Shown: positions 9,949 to 19,231, counted from the stretch's first letter. The stretch is DNA of 50,858 nt from an uncultured Rhodothermaceae bacterium (GCA_965365465.1 CBDUBU010000002.1:1-50858), one strand, 5' to 3'. Notes: generated by a model from the letters alone, not told the origin. Program-made: numbers and translations.

Positions 9949-11097
9949 ATGGCGGTTTTACCTGAATATTTTTCTTTCAAAATGGAATTACTCAACGACC
10001 TGAACCAGGACTATCTGGCAAACCCTTTTCTTGGAGCCAGGATTTATGACTGGCTCATCATGCTTGCCATCTGGGTTATCGGATCTGTGGCGTTTATCCT
10101 GCTCCGTCGTTTCCTGGTCTGGCGGGTAGGGGCTATATCCAGGAAGACGACGAATGCCGTTGATGACGTAATTGCCGACCTGCTAAGAAAGACGAGGGGC
10201 TACTTCCTGGTTGCATTGGCCCTGTTTGCGGCTGCCGTGATTGCGCTGCCGGAAAAGCCTGTGGCCTGGATCAGCCGCATTGTTGTGATGGCATTGTTGC
10301 TACAGGTCGCGCGGTGGGGCAGCTATCTGATTGACTTCTGGATTCAGAGCTACAAAGAGCGGAAACTGGAAACCGACGCCGCAGCAGTTACTACAGTGCA
10401 GGCGATGGGTTTTCTGGGTCGTATTGCGCTCTGGGCCGTGGTTGTGCTGGTGGCGCTGGACAATCTGGGGATTGACGTGACGGCGCTGGTTGCCGGCCTC
10501 GGCATCGGCGGCATAGCGGTAGCCCTGGCCCTGCAGAATATTCTGGGAGATCTTTTTGCCTCGCTCTCGATTGTTCTCGATAAGCCTTTCGTTGTCGGCG
10601 ATTTTCTCAACGTCGATTCTTATCTGGGTTCTGTTGAATACATAGGTTTGAAAACAACGCGGATGCGCAGCCTCTCGGGAGAGCAAATCGTTTTCTCCAA
10701 CGGGGATTTGATGAAGAGCCGCATCCGGAATTTCAAGCGTATGTTCGAGCGGCGCATCGTCTTTTCCATCGGAGTGACGTATCAAACACCACATGAAAAG
10801 CTGGCAGCCATCCCCGGTATTATCAAAGAGACGGTGGAGGCTCAAGATCGGGTACGCTTTGACCGGGCGCACTTCAAATCCTACGGTGATTTTGCGCTTC
10901 AGTACGAGGTAGTGTATTTCGTCCTGGATCCCGATTTCAACCTGTACATGGATATTCAACAGGCGATCAATCTCGATATTTACAGGAAGTTCGAGCAGCA
11001 GGGAATTTCCTTTGCCTATCCCACCCAAAGCCTGTTTGTTGAGCGTTTCCCGTCCGGAACTATGCCTGAGATGGCAAACGGAGAGGGTAAGGCATAG
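9949..11097 (+). CDS. Mechanosensitive ion channel (MscS family)
   Basis: 382 aa; N-terminal TM helices and the MscS pore/beta-domain signature GIGGIAVALALQNILGDLFASLSIVLDKPFVVGDFL. Confidence 0.9.
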   Translation: MAVLPEYFSFKMELLNDLNQDYLANPFLGARIYDWLIMLAIWVIGSVAFILLRRFLVWRVGAISRKTTNAVDDVIADLLRKTRGYFLVALALFAAAVIALPEKPVAWISRIVVMALLLQVARWGSYLIDFWIQSYKERKLETDAAAVTTVQAMGFLGRIALWAVVVLVALDNLGIDVTALVAGLGIGGIAVALALQNILGDLFASLSIVLDKPFVVGDFLNVDSYLGSVEYIGLKTTRMRSLSGEQIVFSNGDLMKSRIRNFKRMFERRIVFSIGVTYQTPHEKLAAIPGIIKETVEAQDRVRFDRAHFKSYGDFALQYEVVYFVLDPDFNLYMDIQQAINLDIYRKFEQQGISFAYPTQSLFVERFPSGTMPEMANGEGKA

Positions 11098-11099
11098 CG

Positions 11100-11137
11100 A
11101 AGAACGCGGCCTCTATCGGAAGCCGCGTTCTTTCTGG
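11100..11137 (+). terminator. Probable intrinsic terminator after the MscS gene
   Basis: 11-bp stem AAGAACGCGGC / GCCGCGTTCTT with an 11-nt loop, followed by a short T-rich stretch (TTCTGG). Confidence 0.55.
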
Positions 11138-11215
11138 CATTCATTCCACCGGTGGTTTACATCAAGTGCGTCATGCGACGCATACGCGCCTGCCCGCTCT
11201 TGAGAAAGCCTTTGG

Positions 11216-11287
11216 TCAGAGCAACCACACAAGCAACAGGATAAGCAAGATGATGACTACGATGGAGGGGAGGCCGAAGCGTCTCAT
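11216..11287 (-). CDS. Candidate 23-aa hydrophobic micro-protein (MRRFGLPSIVVIILLILLLVWLL)
   Basis: Hand-translated ATG...TGA ORF below the length cutoff of the ORF track. GAGGT lies 8 nt upstream of the ATG. Single TM-like helix after an N-terminal RR. Confidence 0.3.
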   Translation of the reverse strand: MRRFGLPSIVVIILLILLLVWLL

Positions 11288-11431
11288 GGTTTGTACCTCA
11301 AGTTATCTTTGGAACCAATGGCGCGTAGATGCACAGCAGGCATCTAAAAACATTACGCTGACGGCGCCCGTGAGTTGAGCCATCATTGTAAAGAAGTCCG
11401 TACGAATGCGTCTGTCCTTGTCAAACAAAGA

Positions 11432-13111
11432 TCAATGGCTCCCGGCCTGCGCTGGTTCTGCAGGCATGATCAGGGGCTTGCGCGGCAACCTTTCCTCTCG
11501 TTGTGCGGTGTGGTAGACAAACGCGGCAATGATGGTTGCTGCTTGCTTGAGGTCTTCTTCCATGACGTGATCGAACACGTCTAACGTAGAGTGATGAGTT
11601 CGCGAATAGGAAACGGGATCCTGAATGAACTGAAACCCCGGCAGTCCCGCCCTGTCGAAGGGCACATGATCGGTGCTGCCTGTTCGGGAGTAGCTGAGGG
11701 TTGCGGCGCCGGCTTTCTCAAAAGGAGCAAGCCAGGCGCGGAAAATCGGGCGCACGGCTTCGTTTTCCTGTAGATAAACCCCGCGAATTCTGCCGGCGCC
11801 ATTGTCCAGGTTATAATAGGCAGAGAGCTTGTCATATTCCGCTTTGAAAGCAACAGGAGGCTGTGTCCAGTCTGGAAGTTGAGCAAAATGATCGTTCACA
11901 TAATTCCACGATCCGAGAAGTCCTTGCTCTTCGCCAGACCATAAGGCAATGCGGATAGTTCTACGCGGCTGCTTTCCCGTTGCCTTGAAAAGCTCCTGCA
12001 AGATCCTGGCGACTTCCATCATGACGGCGCTTCCGGCGGCATTGTCGGTGGCTCCGGTTCCCCCGTGCCAGGAATCGAGATGCGCTCCGAACATTACCAC
12101 CTCGTCTCCGAGCAGAGGATCAGTTCCCGGAATCTCTCCGATAACGTTGTACGCCATCAGATCCAGATCGTGGTAAACGGCATCAATCTCTGCTTCAATG
12201 ACCACAGGAATCCCCCGGTCTACCAGTCGGTATATCCGGTTGTAGTACTCGGCAGAAAGGGTAAATTGAGGAATCACTGCTGCGTTCAATTGCCAGGGGT
12301 AAGCTTGGCGTGAGGAAGCCCCATCGGAGATGTAAGGAACGGAGGCTGCGCTGACGAAGATGGTTCCGAAATCACCACGGGTATACGCATGGTCAAGGAG
12401 TAGGAGGGGGCTTTCTTCATAAAGAAAACGTACGCTTTCCTGAAGAAGCCGGAGCCTGCGTATCGCATCAGGGCTATAACGCTTTTCCTCAGCCTCGGCA
12501 GACCCTGCATTTGCCAGGTCGAGCAATCCCTGCGCGTCATACCGTTTTGCAGCAGCCACGAACGGGTCGGCAACCGAGCGGGGAGCTTCGAGCAATACCA
12601 CTTTACCCTTTAGCTTTCCGCGATATTTTGAAAAGTCCTCCTCCGATTCCACACGGAAAATGACGACCTCTCCCTGAATGATGCCATTAACGCCTGGAGA
12701 CCATGCTTTGGGGTAGGCAGGAACTACAAACGGATTCGGGCTGGCGACATTCAGGCTGGAACTGCGAAGCGTCCAGCCTCTCCCGAAAGGTCCCCACGGC
12801 GCAAGATGTACATTTTCTAATCCCCACTCCTTGAGTTGCGAGACCGCCCATTCAGATGCTTCTTGCAGGTTCGGAGAGCCGGTCAATCGTGGTCCATATA
12901 CATCCGTCAATCGCCAGAGCGTTTCTTTCAGTCGGCTCTTTTCCATGCCCTGTTCACGAATAGCCGCGATGGCTGCTTCGTCTACCTGCTCCTGCGCATA
13001 AGCCGGAGACAGGGGCATCGTGAGCAAAAACAGGAAAAAAGGGAGACGCCGGAGAGCGGGGAGCGCGGGCATTGGCAACAGGTGAGAATCGTAAGGGCGA
13101 GTTGCAGGCAC
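11432..13111 (-). CDS. M28-family aminopeptidase with PA domain, secreted
   Basis: 559 aa; signal peptide; zinc-ligand motifs HLDSWHGGTGATDNAAGSAV, WSGEEQGLLGS, STDHVPF. Confidence 0.9.
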   Translation of the reverse strand: MPATRPYDSHLLPMPALPALRRLPFFLFLLTMPLSPAYAQEQVDEAAIAAIREQGMEKSRLKETLWRLTDVYGPRLTGSPNLQEASEWAVSQLKEWGLENVHLAPWGPFGRGWTLRSSSLNVASPNPFVVPAYPKAWSPGVNGIIQGEVVIFRVESEEDFSKYRGKLKGKVVLLEAPRSVADPFVAAAKRYDAQGLLDLANAGSAEAEEKRYSPDAIRRLRLLQESVRFLYEESPLLLLDHAYTRGDFGTIFVSAASVPYISDGASSRQAYPWQLNAAVIPQFTLSAEYYNRIYRLVDRGIPVVIEAEIDAVYHDLDLMAYNVIGEIPGTDPLLGDEVVMFGAHLDSWHGGTGATDNAAGSAVMMEVARILQELFKATGKQPRRTIRIALWSGEEQGLLGSWNYVNDHFAQLPDWTQPPVAFKAEYDKLSAYYNLDNGAGRIRGVYLQENEAVRPIFRAWLAPFEKAGAATLSYSRTGSTDHVPFDRAGLPGFQFIQDPVSYSRTHHSTLDVFDHVMEEDLKQAATIIAAFVYHTAQREERLPRKPLIMPAEPAQAGSH

Positions 13112-13241
13112 GTGCGTGGTATGCGAAAAGAAAAGATGCGTTCCACGAATTTTCCCCGGACTGCTGCGTTGCCGGAGGTTCTCCGGACCTGTATCCGGGT
13201 CTATTAAGAGGCGCCTGAATGAATCGCCCTGGAGAGTACTT

Positions 13242-13661
13242 TCAAGGTTTCAGTTGCTTCTTTTCCCATTCCAGAAACGCATCCAGGTCTTTTCGTAGTG
13301 CGTTTCCGATGGCCATAATGACAGCAATATCATCCGCAAAGCCGATGCCGACGAGAAAGTCGGGGATCAGGTCGACCGGATTGATAAAGTACGCGATGCC
13401 GGCAACAGCATAGAGCATCGACCGCCAGGGAAGGCTCCGGTATTCTTTTCTGGCCCAGGCTCTGGCAAGGCGGAGCAGTACGAGGAGATCATCTTTTGTC
13501 TGACCGAGGGCCGCTCTTTCCGAGAAGAGCTTCCCTGCGCCGGTTCGGACGAGTCGTAACAGCCTGAACCTCCGTTTCAGCGCTTGTTCTGCTGCCTGGC
13601 GAGCTACTTTGAACGCCCAGTGTTGGCTGAAATTGAGTTTTGATTGAACAGGCGTTTCCAT
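13242..13661 (-). CDS. DUF1232 (YkvA-like) membrane protein
   Basis: 139 aa; characteristic YFINPVDLIPDFLVGIGFADDIAV motif. Confidence 0.8.
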   Translation of the reverse strand: METPVQSKLNFSQHWAFKVARQAAEQALKRRFRLLRLVRTGAGKLFSERAALGQTKDDLLVLLRLARAWARKEYRSLPWRSMLYAVAGIAYFINPVDLIPDFLVGIGFADDIAVIMAIGNALRKDLDAFLEWEKKQLKP

Positions 13662-13697
13662 TCTGGAAGCTGGATGCTTGAAAGGGAGCAGACCCGA

Positions 13698-14984
13698 TCA
13701 GAAGTACTCCGAGTCCCTTGTCAGCGTCAGTTCAGCAAGAAGGGGTAGGGAGGCAGGGAGTTGAAGACGAGGAAGCAACTCGTCACGCAACGTAAGAAAC
13801 GCGAAGCGGTTTTCTCCTTTGACAGGTTCAGAAGGCGGCATTTTTTCCTTCAAGGGATCGACTTGGTTTCCGTCTTTCCAGAATCGGAAGCAAACGTGGG
13901 GCCCGGTTGCCAGCCCCGTGCTGCCTACGTACCCAATCACTTCGCCCTGCTTGACGTGCGTTCCGGGCTTGATGCCTTTCGCTATACGCGACATGTGCAA
14001 ATATCCAGTCGTGTAGGCGCCGTTATGACGCACCTTGACGTAATTCCCGTTATAGCGCTGGAAGGCGGCTTCGAGCACCACACCGTCGCCTACCGAATAG
14101 ATCTCGGTTCCCGAAGGGGCCGCATAGTCTGTGCCAAGATGCGCCTTGTACCTTTTCTGAACAGGGTGGAAACGCTTGAGTGAATAGTGCGACGTTATGG
14201 TTCCATATTTGAGCGGAGATTTCAGGAAGGCCTGACGCAGGCTGTTTCCGTTCTCATCGAAATAGCCGCTTTCATCTCCTTGCTCGAAATAAAAGGCGTA
14301 AAACTCTTCTCCGGCGTGCTCGAACCGCGCTGAAACGATGCTGCCTACCCCGACAGGTTCGTTTTCAACTTTTTGCTCCTGATAAACAAGGGTGAAGTTA
14401 TCCCCTTTCTGGAGGTGATAAAAATCGATCTGCCACGCAAATACCTCGGCGAGTTTACTCGCAAGCGCAGGGTCCACTTTCCTTTCCGCGAGGGCGCCGT
14501 AGAGCGAACTGGTGATCGTAGCGCTGACCGTCTTCTCCTGAACCATGACGGGACGCTCCTTCTCAGATACACGCGGCGCCCCCTGTAGATCGAAAACATA
14601 ATACCGAATGGCATCTTCCTGATAAACCAGATGCCGGACAGTGGAGCCTTGCCGGTAAATCCTGTATGCTTTCCCGGCCCGGATGCGGCGAACGTCGAAG
14701 ACGGAACCGGCTTGTTCTACCGCCTTGTTTATGGTTTCAGTCTCAACGCCATGTTCCGAGAGGATTTGCGAGAAGGTCTGGTTCCGTTCGATATGCTTAT
14801 CCTCAATCTGATACTCCGTCAGGTTAAAGCCGAAATGGTCGAACTGCGCGGCTGGTTTGGCGCGCTCCAGAGGAACTGTTGTCTGGCTTGTTCTGGAGGG
14901 ATCCGAGTTCTTGAGAAGAAAGGGCGTGAGGACGGCGGCGAGCAACAAGAGGCCGAGTGGCTTCAAGAACTTCTTTGAAGGCAT
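13698..14984 (-). CDS. M23-family metallopeptidase (peptidoglycan endopeptidase-like)
   Basis: 428 aa; signal/anchor helix; HLGTDYAAPSGTEIYSVGDGVV, GYLHMS and GSTGLATGPHVCF motifs. Confidence 0.9.
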   Translation of the reverse strand: MPSKKFLKPLGLLLLAAVLTPFLLKNSDPSRTSQTTVPLERAKPAAQFDHFGFNLTEYQIEDKHIERNQTFSQILSEHGVETETINKAVEQAGSVFDVRRIRAGKAYRIYRQGSTVRHLVYQEDAIRYYVFDLQGAPRVSEKERPVMVQEKTVSATITSSLYGALAERKVDPALASKLAEVFAWQIDFYHLQKGDNFTLVYQEQKVENEPVGVGSIVSARFEHAGEEFYAFYFEQGDESGYFDENGNSLRQAFLKSPLKYGTITSHYSLKRFHPVQKRYKAHLGTDYAAPSGTEIYSVGDGVVLEAAFQRYNGNYVKVRHNGAYTTGYLHMSRIAKGIKPGTHVKQGEVIGYVGSTGLATGPHVCFRFWKDGNQVDPLKEKMPPSEPVKGENRFAFLTLRDELLPRLQLPASLPLLAELTLTRDSEYF

Positions 14985-15321
14985 TTCCTGTTTCGAGTTA
15001 TTGGGTGGTCAGAACAACGTTACAAGAGCGCCCACGTATCCGGCAATAATTCGCTGCCGTCTCCGGAAGCATCCCCATAGGCTTTAAAGGGCGGTAAAGG
15101 GCGAAAGGCAACGCCTTGTAACGATCAGACCTGAACCCGGCGCAACGCCGTTATAAGGTGGTGAGCACGGCGCAGTGCGGCAGGTAGAGCGGTTCAGGCT
15201 GTATGAATCTAGCGCATTCGAGGCAAGAATGCGACTGTTTGAGCAAGAAAAGAAGGTGAAACGTGGTTTACCCCTGCAATTCTCTCTGTAAATAGCGCCT
15301 TTGCATAGCTATCGAGAGAAG

Positions 15322-15891
15322 TCAGGCAGGCTCGCGACGCTTTGGATCCCAGATAGGTTCGTCAATGCCGGCTTGCTGGTTTGTCCATCTCGCCAGTACA
15401 AAGAGCAGGTCAGATAGTCGGTTGAGATAAACAAGGACGTGCTCGCTGAGCGTCTCGGAGCCGGCTGCATCGAGGCTCATGCGCTCCGCACGCCGGCAAA
15501 CCGTTCGGGCAACGTGCAATGTGGAGGCGGCGATAGACCCTCCCGGCAACACGAAATGCTTCAGGCGGGGCAGTTCGGCATCCAGGTTGTCGATGTCTTG
15601 CTCCAGCCGCTCGATGTGTGCAGGCTCGATTCGCGTCACAGACTGCCGGGCATCGGCGGGCGTTGCAAGATCCGCTCCCAGAACAAACAACTCTTCCTGG
15701 ATGCGCTCCAGTAATGGAATGGCAGCCTCACATCCAGGTATTTCCTGCAGGTAACTTTTTGCAAGTCCCAGAAAGGAGTTTGTTTCGTCTACAGTACCGT
15801 AGGCATCAATTCGGGTGTGGGTTTTCGCAACGCGTGCGCCTCCGTACAGAGAGGTCTGTCCGGCATCGCCGGTTCTGGTGTATATTTTCAT
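15322..15891 (-). CDS. ATP:cob(I)alamin adenosyltransferase, PduO type
   Basis: 189 aa; N-terminal MKIYTRTGDAGQTSL and RIDAYGTVDE motifs typical of PduO/MMAB. Confidence 0.9.
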   Translation of the reverse strand: MKIYTRTGDAGQTSLYGGARVAKTHTRIDAYGTVDETNSFLGLAKSYLQEIPGCEAAIPLLERIQEELFVLGADLATPADARQSVTRIEPAHIERLEQDIDNLDAELPRLKHFVLPGGSIAASTLHVARTVCRRAERMSLDAAGSETLSEHVLVYLNRLSDLLFVLARWTNQQAGIDEPIWDPKRREPA

Positions 15892-15965
15892 AGGTAAGAA
15901 ATTCAGGTCAGGTTAAAAGGCGCTGAAGGCTATGCAACAGCTTGTATTCCGGAGGCTTTCCATAC

Positions 15966-16772
15966 TCAATGAGCCACAGGAGAAGTAGACCGTTGCGGCG
16001 GCAGAGGTGTCTTGTAATGAATATGCAATGCGCTGTAGGGCGCGGTGACTACCTCGGCATCCATGCGGAAAACGGATGCGATCATCTCGGAGGTGAGCAC
16101 CTCCTCGGGAGAGCCTTCAGCTGCCATGACTCCCTGTTTCAGCACGACAAGTTGGCTGGCGTAGCGAGCTGCCAGTTCGAGATCGTGAAAAACCGTGATT
16201 ACGGTTGTTCCATTCTCAACGAGCAGCCGGATTCTGTCAAGGAAATCGAACTGGTAATGTACGTCAAGGTGTGATGTCGGCTCATCCAGAAGCAGCAGGC
16301 GTGGCTCCTGAACCAGCGCCTGCGCCAGAAAGACACGCTGTAGTTCGCCGCCGCTCAATGAAAGCACGGATCGATCTCCGAATCCTTGAAGGTCAACCTG
16401 GGCGAGCGCCTCTGCAACGCAAGCGCGATCCCGGGAGGAATATCCGGAAAACCAGCTTTTATGCGGCGACCTGCCGAGCATGACAAGCTCAGACACGCTG
16501 AAGTCAAAAGTCAAGGCCGTGGATTGCCGGACGAAAGCAAGGCAGCGAGCCAGTTCTCCAGGTTTCCACCGGGCCAGGGCGCGCCCCTCTAGTTCGAGGA
16601 CGCCCTCGTAAGGTAAAATACCGCTGATGGCGCGCAGCAGCGTCGTTTTGCCGCTTCCGTTAGGTCCCAGCAAGCCGAGGAAAACACCCCTGGGAACAGA
16701 AAACGTCAAGCCCCGCAAAACGGGTTTGCCTTGCAACGAAACGTGCAGACGGTGAATGTCCAGCAGAGGCAA
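15966..16772 (-). CDS. ABC transporter ATP-binding protein (FecE/BtuD/HmuV-like importer ATPase)
   Basis: Walker A GPNGSGKTT, signature LSGGELQR, Walker B LLLLDEPTSHLD, H-loop FHDL; TTG start. Confidence 0.9.
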   Translation of the reverse strand: MPLLDIHRLHVSLQGKPVLRGLTFSVPRGVFLGLLGPNGSGKTTLLRAISGILPYEGVLELEGRALARWKPGELARCLAFVRQSTALTFDFSVSELVMLGRSPHKSWFSGYSSRDRACVAEALAQVDLQGFGDRSVLSLSGGELQRVFLAQALVQEPRLLLLDEPTSHLDVHYQFDFLDRIRLLVENGTTVITVFHDLELAARYASQLVVLKQGVMAAEGSPEEVLTSEMIASVFRMDAEVVTAPYSALHIHYKTPLPPQRSTSPVAH

Positions 16773-16902
16773 AGCAGGCTCAAGTCTTGGCTTTGAAGGG
16801 ATCTGTTAACGTTCGCGGCGCTGGAACAATCCGCAACGCATAAGTTTTTACCGGTGCTTGCGGACTGCCGTGAGCAAAAAGATACTCAAAAGATGACATG
16901 TT

Positions 16903-17379
16903 ATGAAAAGCCTTCGCCGGTTGTTGATCGTGTGCGTACTCATAACGGCAGCAGGATGTGATACACAGGGCGGTCAGGACGATTTTGCAGCCAGCGCCAG
17001 TCGAAGACCTTCCGGATATACTCAGACCAACGCCGATGGCACAGTCGTTACGGTAGATGAGGATGACTGGCGGACGAGTCCTGCATACAGAGGGACGGTT
17101 CGCATCGATCCGGCTTATCCCAATCCTGTTGCTACGGAGTTCGTCACGGTGCCGGTGACGGTGACACAGTTTAATTCGGTGCGTGGAGGGCTTGTTCTGC
17201 GCGCCTACAACAGCGCCGGACTTCTTTTCAGGCTGGCCGACATTCCGGAGGCAAGGGATCCGGGGGCTTATGTGTTCAGCTTTGCGCCGGGCCTTCTGGG
17301 TAGGCTTGGTCTGCAGCGGGTATTCGTGTTTGACACAGTAGGCGAAATCGTGTCCTATGGCGACATTATGGTGCAGTAA
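16903..17379 (+). CDS. Lipoprotein of unknown function with a T9SS-CTD-like C-terminal half
   Basis: Signal peptide with lipobox (LITAAG|C). The C-terminal half (IDPAYPNPVATEFVTVPV...GAYVFSF...) loosely resembles a Por-type beta-sandwich tail. Confidence 0.6.
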   Translation: MKSLRRLLIVCVLITAAGCDTQGGQDDFAASASRRPSGYTQTNADGTVVTVDEDDWRTSPAYRGTVRIDPAYPNPVATEFVTVPVTVTQFNSVRGGLVLRAYNSAGLLFRLADIPEARDPGAYVFSFAPGLLGRLGLQRVFVFDTVGEIVSYGDIMVQ

Positions 17380-17406
17380 GCGGCCCTGGCCGGGGTTGCC
17401 GTTCGC

Positions 17407-17796
17407 TTACTTGAGCAGCGTTATCTGACGAGCCGCCGTAAACGTTTCACCACGAACGCGGTACAGATAGATTCCGCTGGGAAGATTGCCGGCATCGAAG
17501 GTGAAAGTACGCCTCTCCCCGGCTTCCATAACTTCATTGAAGAGACGGCGTACAGGCTGGCCCAGCATATTGTATACCTCAACGGTAACCTGCTGGCGAA
17601 TCCCTACCGTCAGATTGAAAGACGTGGACGGGTTGAACGGGTTCGGGTAAGCAGCCGAGAGGACATAGTCATCCGGAACCTTCCGTGTAGAATCAGCGGC
17701 AACCGCGCTCACTTCCTGTGCATAAGCCCTTTCCGAGGCAAATCCTCCAAGACAGATCAGCATGGAAAGGGCGATGGTCTGTAACGTCTGTTTCAT
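17407..17796 (-). CDS. Small secreted protein made of a signal peptide plus a T9SS C-terminal sorting domain
   Basis: ATG at 17796 (the frame is also open to a TTG at 17817). Signal peptide ending AYAQ, a roughly 20-aa linker, then a canonical CTD (AAYPNPFNPSTSFNL...VEVYNMLGQ...SGIYLYRV...LLK). Confidence 0.8.
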   Translation of the reverse strand: MKQTLQTIALSMLICLGGFASERAYAQEVSAVAADSTRKVPDDYVLSAAYPNPFNPSTSFNLTVGIRQQVTVEVYNMLGQPVRRLFNEVMEAGERRTFTFDAGNLPSGIYLYRVRGETFTAARQITLLK

Positions 17797-18050
17797 AACA
17801 TCAAGATCTATATCCAACCGTTGGCGTCAAGGAAAGCTGCTTTCCCACGTGGACGGTTTTGTTCAAAGCGTTGTTACGGCGTTGTATCGTACCTGGACCG
17901 CTTAAGTTTCAGAAATCTCTGCCTCATAAACGATACATCACATGATTTTCGTACATGACCACCCGCCGTTATTTTTTCAGAGCAAAAACAGATCCAATAC
18001 GCAATCAGACGTTGATCTTTTTATAGCCTGTCATCATGTGAGTCTGCCGG

Positions 18051-18089
18051 AAAAGAAAAAGGCCAGTTCCGGACAACAGAACGGGCCTT
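18051..18089 (-). terminator. Rho-independent terminator after gene 18110..19231
   Basis: Minus strand: AAGGCCCGTTC-loop-GAACTGGCCTT followed by TTTCTTTT. Confidence 0.65.
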
Positions 18090-18109
18090 GTGGCGAAAAT
18101 GAGAGAAAA

Positions 18110-19231
18110 CTATTTCATGAGCGTCATGTGCTTGCTCAACACCTGACCGTCTACTGCGAGGCGGTAGATGTATACACCGCTGGGCATATAAGCAGCGTTC
18201 CATGTGATCGTCTGGTTGCCCGCCGGGAAAGAGTCATCCACCAGCGTGGAAATTTCTTCTCCCAACACATTGAACACTTTCAGCGTTACGTGGCCGGGAT
18301 GCTGTAGCGTAAATGGAATAGTGGTGCTGGGGTTGAACGGGTTCGGGTAGTTCTGTTCCAGCGCAAACCCTACAGGCAACTCATCAGGCGATTCGGCATC
18401 TACGGTTCCTGCTGTAGAGGTCGAATACGAAGCGAACAACTCCCCATCAGCGCCATACGAGAGGCCGGCGGAAAGGCCCTTCTCAGTCACAAAGTCGATA
18501 CTGTAGGAGGTGTCTGATGAAACGATGTCCGGGAAGCCGGGAATGGAAATCGTGCTGCTGGTAATGGTCCGGGAATATACCCTCAAGGCTTGCGCGGATC
18601 CGGCAGGGGTAATCAAGGTTCCCCAACCCTCAACCACAGACGAGTCGCGCAGCTCGGACATAAAGGGATTCTCTTCTGTGCCGAAGTTCCATGCGGTTTC
18701 AGCAATCCAACTCGTATTAACGTTAAGAGGTAGTTTTTGCTGGAGCCAGGGGGGCGTGTAGGTAAACTTGAACTGGTCAATCTCCGGGGTGGACGGGTCG
18801 GCGTCAAAGGTGGCTACGGACCCGAGCAGACTCAAGCCGTCATCGTCGAGGCGCTGGAAGGTGTAAACGCTGGAGTCACGACCGGCCATGTCAGTTCCGG
18901 AAAAGCGCAGAATCAGGTTGGCATCGGCCAGAGCCGGGTCGTCGGAGCCGGGAACAGGCGCTTGCACGATATCAAACGTGGCGGAAAACGCATCATCGTA
19001 AGTGATGGCAGTAAAATCCCATGTCTGATTGCCTCCCTTTGCATTCAGAATAGGCCGAAGCGCATCGGCGCTATCTGCCGAAAAGGTGGTGAAGCTGTTG
19101 CCGGATTTGAAGAAAAAGTTTCTGTACTCATTTGCCGTAATCTCAATCTGAGCAAAAGCCGGCACAGCAGTAAATCCGCTCATGATGAGCAGCATCACGG
19201 AGAGAAGCTTTTGATAACGCATACAGTTCAT
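18110..19231 (-). CDS. Secreted protein of unknown function with T9SS C-terminal sorting domain
   Basis: 373 aa; signal peptide (VPAFAQ); C-terminal LEQNYPNPFNPSTTIPFTL...LKVFNVLGEE...SGVYIYRL...LMK. Confidence 0.85.
   Translation of the reverse strand: MNCMRYQKLLSVMLLIMSGFTAVPAFAQIEITANEYRNFFFKSGNSFTTFSADSADALRPILNAKGGNQTWDFTAITYDDAFSATFDIVQAPVPGSDDPALADANLILRFSGTDMAGRDSSVYTFQRLDDDGLSLLGSVATFDADPSTPEIDQFKFTYTPPWLQQKLPLNVNTSWIAETAWNFGTEENPFMSELRDSSVVEGWGTLITPAGSAQALRVYSRTITSSTISIPGFPDIVSSDTSYSIDFVTEKGLSAGLSYGADGELFASYSTSTAGTVDAESPDELPVGFALEQNYPNPFNPSTTIPFTLQHPGHVTLKVFNVLGEEISTLVDDSFPAGNQTITWNAAYMPSGVYIYRLAVDGQVLSKHMTLMK

Noticed and set aside
15130-15198. Three-stem structure: outer CCTGAACC/GGTTCAGG enclosing the CGGCG-CAA-CGCCG and GCAC-6 nt-GTGC hairpins. 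A nearby GGTGAAA...CTGTAA stretch faintly recalls riboswitch cores
   Set aside because: The stems are short and GC-rich. There is no downstream gene on the + strand. On the - strand it lies more than 145 nt upstream of an M23 peptidase gene, and I recognise no matching riboswitch class.
16773-16902. Possible cobalamin riboswitch upstream of the ABC-ATPase/PduO pair
   Set aside because: The leader is only about 130 nt, and I could not find the B12 box, GCCACTG or GGTGNNAATCC-type conserved elements on the minus strand.
17630-17650. A 20-nt match (GGGTTGAACGGGTTCGGGTA) at 17630-17650, shared with about 18333-18352
   Set aside because: It is explained by both genes encoding the conserved YPNPFNP motif of T9SS C-terminal domains. 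It is not an independent DNA repeat.
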